Source: Nitrosopumilales archaeon (GTDB lineage: Archaea; Thermoproteota; Nitrososphaeria; Nitrososphaerales; Nitrososphaeraceae). Taken from it: a stretch of DNA of 61,657 nt. How positions within the stretch are numbered: position 1 is the stretch's first letter; each line of letters begins with the position of its first letter. This document shows positions 48,168 to 57,830 of this stretch, one piece after another. The notes beneath the pieces are model-generated. The model saw nothing but the letters and a program-made list of their open reading frames with translations, ran no database searches and was not told the DNA's origin. The stretch covers positions 34,299 to 95,955 of the forward strand of contig JBIQJB010000005.1 of the NCBI GenBank assembly GCA_044507735.1. The letters are read 5' to 3'. Both the position numbers and the translations under genes were made by a program.

Positions 48168-49192
48168 TCGTCATCATCTTTGGCCTTTGCAGACTTTCTT
48201 TTAGGCGCATCTGCATCAATGTCGTCAACGCCTTTTTCATTCACGGTGAATCTGACATCCGAGTATGGGTGATATGGGCTGTCGATTATCTTTGCGATCC
48301 TGTCGTTGCCTGCCCTGCGCAAATATACTCTGTAAGTCGATGCATGGCCAATTACGTTTCCGCCTGCAGGCTTGGTCGGGTCCCCAAAGAAGGTGTCTGG
48401 CGTAGACTGAACCTGATTGGTAACAATTACAGCTACGTTGTAGATCTCTGCGATTCTCACTAGCTTGTGCATGATGCTGTTGAGTCGCTGCTGCCTGTCT
48501 GCAAGGGTTCCCCTTCCTGAAAACTCTGCACGGTGGAGCGAAATTATGCTGTCGATTATTATCATCTTGGCCTTAAAATCATCAATGTACTTGCCCATGG
48601 ACTTGACTATCAGCTCAAGGTGGCTACTGTTGTATGCCTTGCAAATCGCAACCCTTTTCAAGATTTCTCCGGGGTCAAACCCTCTGGCACGTGCGATTTG
48701 GTCAACCCTCTCCGGTCTAAATGTACCTTCTGTGTCAATAAGTATCACCCCGCCGCCGAGCCCGCCTTCTTCTGGCGGCTGCTGGGCAGTCACGCACAGT
48801 GTATGGCATATCTGCGACTTACCACTTCCAAATTCTCCGTAAAACTCGGTAATAGCCTGAGTTTCAACGCCGCCGAGCAGCAGCTCGTCAAGAGCTCTCG
48901 CTCCAGTGCTGCAGCGCAACAAAGACTTTCTCTTTTCCAGCTCGACATCTGCTGTAGTAAACTCGTTATCAAGAACGCCACTCTCTCTCAGCAGCTTTTG
49001 CGCTGCCATGATAAAGGTGGCGGCACTTTCCTTCGATCCACCCAAATCCGTTGCGAGCTCGTCCGCCACTGCGGTAGCCAGCTCCATGACTGAGCTAATT
49101 CCTGCCTCCTTCATCTTGCGGGCAGTGGTTGGCCCGATCCCTTCGATGTCTTCTATTTCCAATTCAGTCACACTTTTTGTCGAATCAGCCAT
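48164..49192 (-). CDS. radA: DNA repair and recombination protein RadA
   Basis: N-terminal HhH, GEFGSGKSQ Walker A, IDTEGTFRPER, GGNVIGH. Confidence 0.96.
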   Translation of the reverse strand: MADSTKSVTELEIEDIEGIGPTTARKMKEAGISSVMELATAVADELATDLGGSKESAATFIMAAQKLLRESGVLDNEFTTADVELEKRKSLLRCSTGARALDELLLGGVETQAITEFYGEFGSGKSQICHTLCVTAQQPPEEGGLGGGVILIDTEGTFRPERVDQIARARGFDPGEILKRVAICKAYNSSHLELIVKSMGKYIDDFKAKMIIIDSIISLHRAEFSGRGTLADRQQRLNSIMHKLVRIAEIYNVAVIVTNQVQSTPDTFFGDPTKPAGGNVIGHASTYRVYLRRAGNDRIAKIIDSPYHPYSDVRFTVNEKGVDDIDADAPKRKSAKAKDDDD

Positions 49193-49325
49193 TACGCTCT
49201 TTCATTTTTAAAGGAAGTATATAATGGATGACGCACTGCAGGGGGAGGGGGAGATGCGCCAGATTGCATATTCCTAAAACATAAAAAAGTGCCTAGGAAT
49301 TAACCTAGACCACATTTAGCCTTCC

Positions 49326-49586
49326 TTACTTTCTCTTCTTAGTTGCCTTGCTCTTCTTCTTGGCGCTGGTCTTGACCTTGGCCTTAGCCTTGGCCTTGGC
49401 GCTGGTCTTGACCTTGGCCTTAGCCTTGGCAGCTCCGCCCCCACCGCCGCCGATCTTGAACATCTTGGTACCGCAAACGGAGCAGCTACCAGTTGTAGCA
49501 GAACGGCCGTTTTTCATTGTGATCTGCTTTTCTCCATTCATTTCCCTCTTTGCTTTGCACTTTACACAGTATCCCGTTGTAGCCAT
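49326..49586 (-). CDS. DUF5679-like Zn-binding small protein with histone H1-like Lys/Ala tail
   Basis: YCVKCK...MKNGR....G.C..CGTKMFKI, Gly6 linker, AKAKAKVKTSAK repeats. Confidence 0.85.
   Translation of the reverse strand: MATTGYCVKCKAKREMNGEKQITMKNGRSATTGSCSVCGTKMFKIGGGGGGAAKAKAKVKTSAKAKAKAKVKTSAKKKSKATKKRK
49359..49430. repeat. Perfect 36-bp tandem duplication
   Basis: CTTGGCGCTGGTCTTGACCTTGGCCTTAGCCTTGGC occurs at 49359-49394 and 49395-49430. Confidence 0.95.
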
Positions 49587-49966
49587 CTAGAACTATGGCT
49601 TTTTGCGGTATGATATAAGAATAGCTCTATAGGCGCTCTTTCGAGCACGAAATTGACCCAAAGATGGCCAATTTTGCGTACTAAAATGAAAATTTCATTG
49701 TTTACATCATGAAAATGGGGCAATTTTTGAGGCGCGACTAAGCAAAAGCTTGCTCCCGCCGCACCTCTTTGCTGGAAATCGTTGCAGCTTCATGCATCGG
49801 CATGTCCCGAAATCGGCATCCGTTGAGAAGGTCAATCCGCCTTCCTGATACGATTTTCGCATGTGGAATGGGTTTCGCAAAACGATTTTCATATGTTGGA
49901 AGAGCATCCGCGCAATCTCTACAATTGCTAGATTTTTATATCATTTTCATTTTAAGCGTAATACGT

Positions 49967-50815
49967 TTGTCAGCAGATAGCAACAATAACCCCGATCTAG
50001 AGTCTCTGGGGTGGGAACAACTTGTATCACTGAAACGAAAACTTGCTGGCGAGCTAAAGGATCTCACTGACAAGATAGTCGAGATCGATAAGACCCAGTT
50101 GCGCTCAATCACCGACACCATCAGGGAAAGAAGGAGCGTGCTTGAGACTCATACGGAAAGGCTGAAACAAATACGCCAAGAAGTTGACAAACACAACGCT
50201 GAGCTTTTGGCCGTAAGCGAAAAAATTTCGCAGTCAAAGAATTTCCTCTCCTTGATGGAGGCTAGGCTACCTGCAGAAAAGGAAGAAGACCTACAGGCTC
50301 TTATTAAAGAGAATCAAGCTCTCATAGACTCCAAGGACTACAAGAGTGAGAGGGAGAAGAATGAGATCCTTTCGAGAGTAAAGGAGGCATCAATGAAGAT
50401 CGAAGCCATTAAGGCCACGAGAACGATAAGAGACCAGCTTTCTCAGCTAACGCAAGAGTCTGCAAAGATCAGTAGCATCATCAGTCAACTGGATCAAGAG
50501 CGCGATTCAATCAGGGCAAAAACGGCAGCGATAAACAGTGAGCTTGACAAGTTGTATGATGCAAAGAGAAAGCTGGCTCCTGAGCGAGATCTGCATCTTA
50601 GCAAGTATGACGAAATCGCAAAGAGGTTCGACGCAATAAATGCCCGCCTGGACGCAATGTCGGCCATGAGGAAGAGACAGCGCGAAGAATATGGCTATGG
50701 CTTGCCGAGTGACGCACTGTTCAAGGTAAAAGAAGAAGCAAGGAAAAAACTTGAATCAGGCTCGAAGCTGAGCTTTGAAGAATTGAAGTTGTTGTATGGT
50801 GAAAAAGATTTATAG
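49967..50815 (+). CDS. Archaeal long coiled-coil protein
   Basis: Heptad-rich throughout, C-terminal KKLESGSKLSFEELKLL; start trimmed to TTG 49967 downstream of a TTTTTATA box. Confidence 0.8.
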   Translation: MSADSNNNPDLESLGWEQLVSLKRKLAGELKDLTDKIVEIDKTQLRSITDTIRERRSVLETHTERLKQIRQEVDKHNAELLAVSEKISQSKNFLSLMEARLPAEKEEDLQALIKENQALIDSKDYKSEREKNEILSRVKEASMKIEAIKATRTIRDQLSQLTQESAKISSIISQLDQERDSIRAKTAAINSELDKLYDAKRKLAPERDLHLSKYDEIAKRFDAINARLDAMSAMRKRQREEYGYGLPSDALFKVKEEARKKLESGSKLSFEELKLLYGEKDL

Positions 50816-50823
50816 TTTTCATC

Positions 50824-51180
50824 TTGCTAACCCGGATTTGTTATTATGTTATGATCAATGATTTTGCTTTTGCCTGCTCGATCGACGGGTCGATCGTTGG
50901 CTACTTCACCTATCACAAACAGACTATGCTCATCGTACAGTCTGAGCAGGAGGCAAAGTTAGGCATGAATAATTTTGTAAAAATAGCAGAGCCGTTCATG
51001 GAGGCGCTCATTTCCCACGAGTCAATTCATGTCGTTCTAAATGGGCTTGAAAACGTCGAGACATCCGACGCGCTGGATGACGTTGAGGTCATTGTTGAAC
51101 GTGATGGGATTAAGTTGCAGGTTCCGCTCAACTTTATACACTATGCCAGCGACAATTCAGGCATAGTCTTTCCGGTCTAA
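50824..51180 (+). CDS. Hypothetical protein with an HExxH motif
   Basis: ISHESIHVVL; start uncertain. Confidence 0.7.
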   Translation: MLTRICYYVMINDFAFACSIDGSIVGYFTYHKQTMLIVQSEQEAKLGMNNFVKIAEPFMEALISHESIHVVLNGLENVETSDALDDVEVIVERDGIKLQVPLNFIHYASDNSGIVFPV

Positions 51181-51234
51181 AAACAAGAAAAAAAGTGGTG
51201 CGTTAGTTAGCGCACACACATATCCTTGATCATA

Positions 51235-51510
51235 TTACTTGATCTCTTCGGTCATATCTCTCTGGCTTATTGCCATCTCGTCAACCCTGACCGTTATCTT
51301 GTACCATTTGTCATTGTGTTTGAATATGTGCGCTGACGCTTTTTTGTTACCTGCAGAGCCGTACCCGCCAACTCTTTCGCTTAGCCGGGAGCGCAGCTTG
51401 TCCACCTGGTATTGTGCGATCATTAGGTTGCCTAGGATGTTCTCCAGCTCTAGATCTCGGTCCTCGTCAATGTCAGGAACCGGAGCGTTTTTTCTAGTCT
51501 GCATTCTCAA
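51235..51510 (-). CDS. Small hypothetical protein
   Basis: About 90-aa ORF whose start overlaps the stop of the upstream small ORF. Confidence 0.7.
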   Translation of the reverse strand: MRMQTRKNAPVPDIDEDRDLELENILGNLMIAQYQVDKLRSRLSERVGGYGSAGNKKASAHIFKHNDKWYKITVRVDEMAISQRDMTEEIK

Positions 51511-51643
51511 TGTACATCCTGTTTCCTATCCTGTAGTGAATTTCGTCGATGTAGTACGCGGTATCGACTACTGGGGACGATAGGTTTGCGCCACAGACTG
51601 GCACTCCTTCCTCTTTTGTTTCTTCCTCGATCAGAAGACTCAT
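51494..51643 (-). CDS. 49-aa acidic micro-protein (not in ORF track)
   Basis: MSLLIEEETKEEGVPVCGANLSSPVVDTAYYIDEIHYRIGNRMYIENAD*; its stop overlaps the next gene's start. Confidence 0.5.
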   Translation of the reverse strand: MSLLIEEETKEEGVPVCGANLSSPVVDTAYYIDEIHYRIGNRMYIENAD

Positions 51644-51746
51644 TTGATCATTAGATTAACACATCGAATAATAACGGATAGGATGAATCTTCGCTAAGAC
51701 CTGATCAAAGGGTAATTACAGTCACAATGTAATAGAGATTTAAAGG

Positions 51747-52511
51747 TCAGCAGTCAGAAATAGAGATGTAGTCGGTCAGTTTCATATTCCCAGTCTCCTT
51801 AATTAGCCTTGACAGTTTTTTTCTTCCGTGAGGTGGCGTGCGGACACCCACAATCATTTGCAAAAATTCTATTTCCTCGATAGTCAGGCCAAGATTTTCA
51901 AAGTAAACCTGATTGAATGCAAGTTTCTGCATTATGCGCTCGATAGCGACGAGCCTTCTGTAAACTTGGTCATAGCCTTCTCCAAGTGTGCGGGCAAGGA
52001 CGGCCTTTTGGATGTTGAACGAGGTGCTTGACACGAGTCTGTCAAACCTCGACGTCACCTCGAACTGGTCGCTAGTTCCTGTATAGCAGACGATGGTTGC
52101 AGGGAGAAACCGTAGGCTGTGCGCCCTCTTTGAGTGGTTCTTATCAAGAACAATCACCGAACGTCCAAATGCCAGGATTGCGTTGAGTATCTGGTTTGGC
52201 AGGCGTTCGTCGAGTCTATCATCATCAGACTTGATTTCCACAGGGTAGAACTGTATACAATCTATTCTACATCTCTCGCTCCTTGCGAAATTCTCGAGGA
52301 GCTGTATGCGCATAATCATGTTATCATAATAGGCATCATCGCTGTGTTCAGGCTCCCTTCTGATTGCAGCTATCAAGAGGTCAAAACTGCGTGAATGTGC
52401 TTCTTGGACGATCCTAATATCCTCATTCGTTGGCAAGAAGTTGTTGTTGTTTTTGATGTTACCTGATCTAAGCGCGGCTCAAAAGAGCAGCTTGAGCTCC
52501 TTTTCATCCAT
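51747..52511 (-). pseudogene. PD-(D/E)XK nuclease-like protein with an in-frame TGA at codon 11
   Basis: EIKSDDD.L..RLPNQ motif; upstream in-frame MDEKELKLLF*AALRSG with TGA at 52479-52481. Confidence 0.55.
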
Positions 52512-52558
52512 TCCGCATCCTAGCTTTTACAGCTTCTCTCAATCTAAATCTTATCCTG

Positions 52559-53374
52559 CTATTTGCAGGCCCTTTTCATGGACCTTGCAAATTCCTGCAG
52601 ATCAGAGAACAACAGGATTTTCTTACCATGCCACTTGGCGATCCTATCAATGATTGCACTCCCAACAATGACCGCGTCCGCCCCACCCCGAATCATGAAC
52701 CGAGTGTGTGCAGGAGTGCTTATGCCAAACCCCACGGCAACAGGGATCTTGCCTTCAGCCTCCTTCTTCACTTTTCTAATTGCATTTAGCGTATAATCTT
52801 CAAATGACTTGCGCGCTCCTGTAATCCCGTACACTGACACTAAATATAGGAAGCCAGAGCTACTTTTCACAATCTTCTGTAGACGTACTGGAGAGGTGTT
52901 GGGCGACGCAAGAAAGACGGTGGCCAAGCCGAGCTTCGAGGCCGTCGCGGTGTATTCCCCGGACTCTTCCACAGGGACGTCTGGCAAAATAAAGCCGTCG
53001 ATCCCGCTCGCTTTTGCCTGCAACATAAATTTTTCAACGCCCGAGTGCACCAAGATGTTGCAGTAGGTCATTGCCAGTAGTGGCAGCTTGGGATATTTCT
53101 TGCGAATGATCTTTGCAAGCCGCAGAGCCTTTCCCGGTGTGATGCCCTGTTCTAGCGCGCTGTGGGATGCCGCTTGGATTGTCGGTCCGTCTGCTATGGG
53201 GTCTGAGAATGGGATACCTATCTCGATAATGTCGGCGCCGCCCTTTACCAGCGCATCAATCACTTTGTATGAAGTATCGATATCAGGATAGCCAGCGACC
53301 ACATAGCAAACAAATGCCTTCTCTCCTCTTTCTGCCAGTTCTGCGAACTTCTCTGAAATTCTATTACTTTGCAT
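52559..53374 (-). CDS. trpA: Tryptophan synthase alpha chain
   Basis: [33 protein letters not shown]. Confidence 0.95.
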   Translation of the reverse strand: MQSNRISEKFAELAERGEKAFVCYVVAGYPDIDTSYKVIDALVKGGADIIEIGIPFSDPIADGPTIQAASHSALEQGITPGKALRLAKIIRKKYPKLPLLAMTYCNILVHSGVEKFMLQAKASGIDGFILPDVPVEESGEYTATASKLGLATVFLASPNTSPVRLQKIVKSSSGFLYLVSVYGITGARKSFEDYTLNAIRKVKKEAEGKIPVAVGFGISTPAHTRFMIRGGADAVIVGSAIIDRIAKWHGKKILLFSDLQEFARSMKRACK

Positions 53375-54617
53375 TTCTTTTCCTTTTCTTTTTCCCACTT
53401 TCATCATGATGTTTGTTCAGATATTCTTGCACCACTTGGACATCCTTATCTCCTCTTCCAGATACCGTAACTACAATGATGTCATTCCTGTCCATCTCTT
53501 GTGCAAGTTTCATGGCGTATGAAATAGCATGCGACGGTTCCAGGGCAGGAATTATCCCTTCGAATCTGGAAAGCGCGACAAAACCTTCCACAGCCTCCCT
53601 GTCGGTAGAGTCAGCATATATGGTACGTTTTATGTCCTTTAGCATCGCGTGTTCTGGCCCTACGCCGGGGTAGTCTAGTCCTGCAGAAATGCTGTGGGTT
53701 TCAGTGACTTGGCCCCATTCGTCCTGCAGAAGATAGGTGAACATTCCATGAAGCACTCCTTCTGAACCAGCGGTAAGTGTCGCAGAGTGCTTGCCTGTCT
53801 TGATACCCTGCCCTCCAGCCTCGACACCGTAAAGCCTGACGTCGTCATCGTCAAGGAATGGATAGAACGAACCCATTGCATTGCTTCCTCCACCTACACA
53901 TGCCACTACGGCATCAGGCAACCTGCCTTCCTTTTCTAGCAATTGTTGTTTTATCTCAAACCCAATTACACTCTGAAAATCACGCACCATCATCGGGTAT
54001 GGGTGCGGGCCCACAACAGAGCCTATAAGATAATATGTTGTTTTGACGTTTGCGATCCAGTCGCGAATCGCTTCGTTTATCGCGTCCTTCAGGGTTCTGC
54101 TACCAGATTCAACAGGATGCACCGTTGCGCCAAGCAACTTCATTCTAAAAACATTCAGATTCTGCCTCTCGACATCCTTTGCACCCATATACACCTCGGC
54201 AGGAAGCCCAAGTGCGGCACACGCAAGAGCGGTGCCTACACCATGCTGACCTGCCCCGGTCTCGGCAATTATCCTCTTTTTGCCCATCCTCTTTGCCAAG
54301 AGCGCCTGACCAAGAGTGTTGTTAGTCTTGTGTGCACCTCCATGCAAAAGGTCCTCCCGCTTTAGATAAATCCTTGCTCCGCCTACGTGTTCTGTGAGGT
54401 TCTTTGCAAAGTAGAGAGGGGTTGGTCTGCCAGCGTACTCTGTTAGATAATAGGATAGTTCCTTTTGAAAGTCAGGGTCTTTCCTGTACTTTTCATAAGC
54501 AGCTTCGAGCTCCTCTACTGCAGGAGCCAGAGTCTCGGGTATATACTTGCCCCCATACCTTCCAAACTTGCCGTCGATAGGATAGCTGCTTAGCAAGACC
54601 CGTTCTCTAGCAGGCAA
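53364..54617 (-). CDS. trpB: Tryptophan synthase beta chain
   Basis: [46 protein letters not shown]; alternative TTG start at 54596. Confidence 0.96.
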   Translation of the reverse strand: MPARERVLLSSYPIDGKFGRYGGKYIPETLAPAVEELEAAYEKYRKDPDFQKELSYYLTEYAGRPTPLYFAKNLTEHVGGARIYLKREDLLHGGAHKTNNTLGQALLAKRMGKKRIIAETGAGQHGVGTALACAALGLPAEVYMGAKDVERQNLNVFRMKLLGATVHPVESGSRTLKDAINEAIRDWIANVKTTYYLIGSVVGPHPYPMMVRDFQSVIGFEIKQQLLEKEGRLPDAVVACVGGGSNAMGSFYPFLDDDDVRLYGVEAGGQGIKTGKHSATLTAGSEGVLHGMFTYLLQDEWGQVTETHSISAGLDYPGVGPEHAMLKDIKRTIYADSTDREAVEGFVALSRFEGIIPALEPSHAISYAMKLAQEMDRNDIIVVTVSGRGDKDVQVVQEYLNKHHDESGKKKRKRNAK

Positions 54618-54969
54618 AAGGGGGTATTAAGGGATTCGTCTAGTGAGTAGAAATCTCTATGTTTTTATCCCATCGACGACAGCCTTGCGAGAAACACAAC
54701 CTCGCGCCTGTGTGTCAGCGTCTTCAAAATCTGATCATTCCTTCCAGACAATGTGCAGGCCTCTTCTGAATTGTCATTTGATCTGTGATGCGTGCTAGGA
54801 AAAGAATTCTTCATCGATGTTCGATACCGAAATCGGTAAGCACCCGAACTTGTGATTAAATGATGGAATGAAAAAGATATCTGAAACATCATGTATGCAT
54901 GGCAGAGCTGCTTCGAACCGCCTGTCGGAGAAGATCAATCGCGCGATTACGCGAAGGCTTGGATGATCA

Positions 54970-55776
54970 TCAGAGTGAATAGTAGAGCTCTGCTACCTTG
55001 GCACCGATGTCACCAGTCTCCATTATGCTGGTGCCAACCAGAAAAGCGTCTGCACCACACCTTCTGAGATATTGAATATCTTCAGGTTTTGAAATGCCGC
55101 TCTCGCTTATTATGAGGCTCTTGCCTTTGTCATGTTCTTTCAAGAGCTTTTCAGTGTTCGAGATATCAACATGCAGGTTGTCAAGATTGCGATTATTGAT
55201 CCCTATAATACTGTGATTCGCCTGCAACACTTCGGCGAACTCGGCTTCACTGTGAACTTCTACCAATACTTGCAACCCTTTCTTTGTTGCATATTCTGCG
55301 AGCTTTTCCAGGCCTTCTTCAGCCAGGTCCTTGTCAAAAACCGCTTTGATGAGCAATATGCAGTCTGCACCTGCCTTCTTTCCAGCGTCGATCTGGACAG
55401 TGCTGACGATAATATCTTTCATGAGTAGGGGTACGTTTGCAGTCTTCCTGATCGCTCCTAGGTATTCTATTGAGCCTTCAAAGAGATAGGGCTGTGTCAG
55501 AACAGACAAGCCGATTGCGCCTGACTTTACCATCGTTGTTGCTATTTCAATCGGAGATGAGAAGGAGGACTTGTTTCGTATCTTGCCCTTAGAAGGAGAG
55601 GAAAACTTTATCTCAGTGATGAGTGGCGCGTGGGCGCACGACATGACCGCCTTCCGAATGCTTATCGCATCATGAGAAAACGAATGCTTTGTTTCGTATG
55701 CACCCTCATCTATCGCCTTGAATGAATTATCCACAAGGCGCTTTATGCTAAAGTCAGTTCTAACAAATTTGCTCAT
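54970..55776 (-). CDS. trpC: Indole-3-glycerol phosphate synthase
   Basis: EIKFSSPSKG, SVLT, L.KD, GINNRNL, SESGI, LVGTSIM. Confidence 0.95.
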   Translation of the reverse strand: MSKFVRTDFSIKRLVDNSFKAIDEGAYETKHSFSHDAISIRKAVMSCAHAPLITEIKFSSPSKGKIRNKSSFSSPIEIATTMVKSGAIGLSVLTQPYLFEGSIEYLGAIRKTANVPLLMKDIIVSTVQIDAGKKAGADCILLIKAVFDKDLAEEGLEKLAEYATKKGLQVLVEVHSEAEFAEVLQANHSIIGINNRNLDNLHVDISNTEKLLKEHDKGKSLIISESGISKPEDIQYLRRCGADAFLVGTSIMETGDIGAKVAELYYSL

Positions 55777-56304
55777 GGTTGTGGGTACACTGTGGCTGGT
55801 TGGTTCTGCTAGATATTAATTCATTGTTTTTGGACAGCAGAGATTCGATGGACAAGGCACTCGCGGACGCTGGAAGCTGACATGATTCTTAGAATTTCAC
55901 AACCAAGGCAGCTTCAGTACGGGCTATCCTCCAGAGGTTCGCCTGTGACAGGCACAAGTGCGTGATCGAAACTCAAGATCTCGCGTGCCACTGAGCATCG
56001 TGTCGATGTACCATGTTCAGTTAATGATCGTCTTGACGCGACTTGAATCACTTGTCTGTGCAGCCAGGTGCTCTTCAGTAGTTTACCCAGAGACAAAAGC
56101 CCGGTTCAAATTGGTTTCAATCTGCGTTTATTGCATGCTAAACGATCGGCCTATCCTGTGTAACAGGAATGCTCCGGGAGCGTCTGCCTATTACATGGAA
56201 CTATCTGCCCAATGCAGATTTCAAATATTGCATCGGTACTTCTTCAGGTTCTAAACACCTATTCAGGTATATATTGGCGAAGCTGTGTATTTCACGTAGC
56301 GCCA

Positions 56305-57465
56305 ATGTCTGAAAGCCCAATCTTTCGTGACAGATCAAAACTATCCCCACGGTACGTCCCCGAAGAGCTGCCACACAGGCAGGCCCAGCTAGAGCAGATA
56401 GTGCATGTCTTCTCTGACGCATCAAGCGACCCTGACAAGTTTCCGCTAACCGTTTTGCAGATAGTAGGAGTGGCAGGTATTGGCAAGACATCCACTGTGA
56501 TTAGATCATCAAAGGTACTTGAAGAACAGTTTGTAAAGAACAGGCTGGTCCTGAAGACGGCATACATAAACCTGAAACTTCAAGGTGGCAACAAGTTTGC
56601 AATATACAGGTTCTTGCTGGAGAAGATAGCTCCCGAGTTGCCTGCGCAGGGGCTAAGCGCAGAAGAGATGTTGCGCTACCTGTTGCAGTACCTGCGTGAC
56701 AACAGCCATTACGCGCTAATCATCATGGATGAAATAGACTACTTGATAAAGACCAGCAAAGACGCGGGCATCATTTATGACCTGACCAGATTGAACGAGT
56801 TTGAGCCCGACAAACCATGCAACGTAAAGGGTGTGATCTTCATCGCTAGGAGCACAGAATTTTACAGCAAGCTTGATCCAGCAGAGTTAAGTACTCTTGG
56901 GCGCGTCCCAATGGAGTTCCATCAATATACCATTCAGCAGGTCAGCGACATACTGGAAAGCAGGGTGAGACAGGCGTTCAACCCAAAGGCGATAGGAACC
57001 GACGTCATTGACAAGGTTTCAAGTATTACCACCTCACCAGAAGTGAACGGCGACGTAAGGTACGCTCTTGATCTCTTGCTGTACGCTGGCAACCTTGCAG
57101 AGTCGCAAGGCACAGGGAGGGTCACACTTGACCATGTGCGCAAGGTGCACGGGCAAGTACACCCGTCGATAACTACGGAGGACATTGAGCAGTTGTCAAA
57201 GAACCATCTCGTCAGCATGGTGGCTCTTGTTCGCGCATTGAAAGCAAAGAAAAGACCGTATGTCGAGCTTAAAGATGTACGAGCATATGCTTCAGAGCTT
57301 GCCGAGCAGATTGGCATGAAGAAGATGGACGTAGAAGACTATCTTGACGATCTAAAGACGAGGCGGCTCGTAGACATCAAGTCGCTGAAAGAAATCGGAC
57401 TCCACGGAGCTTCGCTCGCAGAATTAGAGCCAGTGCTCATGAACAAGATCAGAGGAGCGACCTAG
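56305..57465 (+). CDS. cdc6: Cdc6/Orc1 replication initiator
   Basis: YVPEELPHR, GVAGIGKT Walker A, IIMDEID Walker B, GDVR.ALDLL; start trimmed to MSESPIF. Confidence 0.93.
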   Translation: MSESPIFRDRSKLSPRYVPEELPHRQAQLEQIVHVFSDASSDPDKFPLTVLQIVGVAGIGKTSTVIRSSKVLEEQFVKNRLVLKTAYINLKLQGGNKFAIYRFLLEKIAPELPAQGLSAEEMLRYLLQYLRDNSHYALIIMDEIDYLIKTSKDAGIIYDLTRLNEFEPDKPCNVKGVIFIARSTEFYSKLDPAELSTLGRVPMEFHQYTIQQVSDILESRVRQAFNPKAIGTDVIDKVSSITTSPEVNGDVRYALDLLLYAGNLAESQGTGRVTLDHVRKVHGQVHPSITTEDIEQLSKNHLVSMVALVRALKAKKRPYVELKDVRAYASELAEQIGMKKMDVEDYLDDLKTRRLVDIKSLKEIGLHGASLAELEPVLMNKIRGAT

Positions 57466-57466
57466 G

Positions 57467-57757
57467 ATGTTGCCTGATTCAACCAAGGATATCATTGAGA
57501 CAGGGCTCGGCAGCTTGGGCAAGATCAAGATAATCAAGGCACTTGCAGAAGAAAACAAGTTGGCAACAGTCTACGTGCTCCACAAGAAGACGCACCTAAA
57601 GCGCGAAGACATCAAGAACAACCTAGAGGACCTGGTAAAGATAGGATGGGTTACACAGAGCAAGTATGCAAACATGATGTATGGCCTAAATCGAGAGAAC
57701 AAGCTGCTGAGTCGGCTGATAGAGTTCCTTAACGAAGTCGGTTACACGGATCAGTAG
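57467..57757 (+). CDS. Small winged-helix protein, in an operon with cdc6
   Basis: LGS.GKIKI...L, HTH followed by L...GWV wing; starts 2 nt after the cdc6 stop. Confidence 0.78.
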   Translation: MLPDSTKDIIETGLGSLGKIKIIKALAEENKLATVYVLHKKTHLKREDIKNNLEDLVKIGWVTQSKYANMMYGLNRENKLLSRLIEFLNEVGYTDQ

Positions 57758-57830
57758 TACCTTTCCCCCACATTAAGAAAGAAGTGCAAGCCCTGAAAAG
57801 GAATAAAAAGGTGCTTTTCCAAAGCGTAAT

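Noticed and set aside
54618-54969. trpF remnant or Trp leader between trpC and trpB
   Set aside because: No TrpF motifs; trpB and trpC have TATA-like boxes close to their starts with no Trp-containing uORF.
55777-56304. Replication origin upstream of cdc6
   Set aside because: No repeated ORB-like boxes or clear AT-rich unwinding element seen by eye; needs skew or marker-frequency data.
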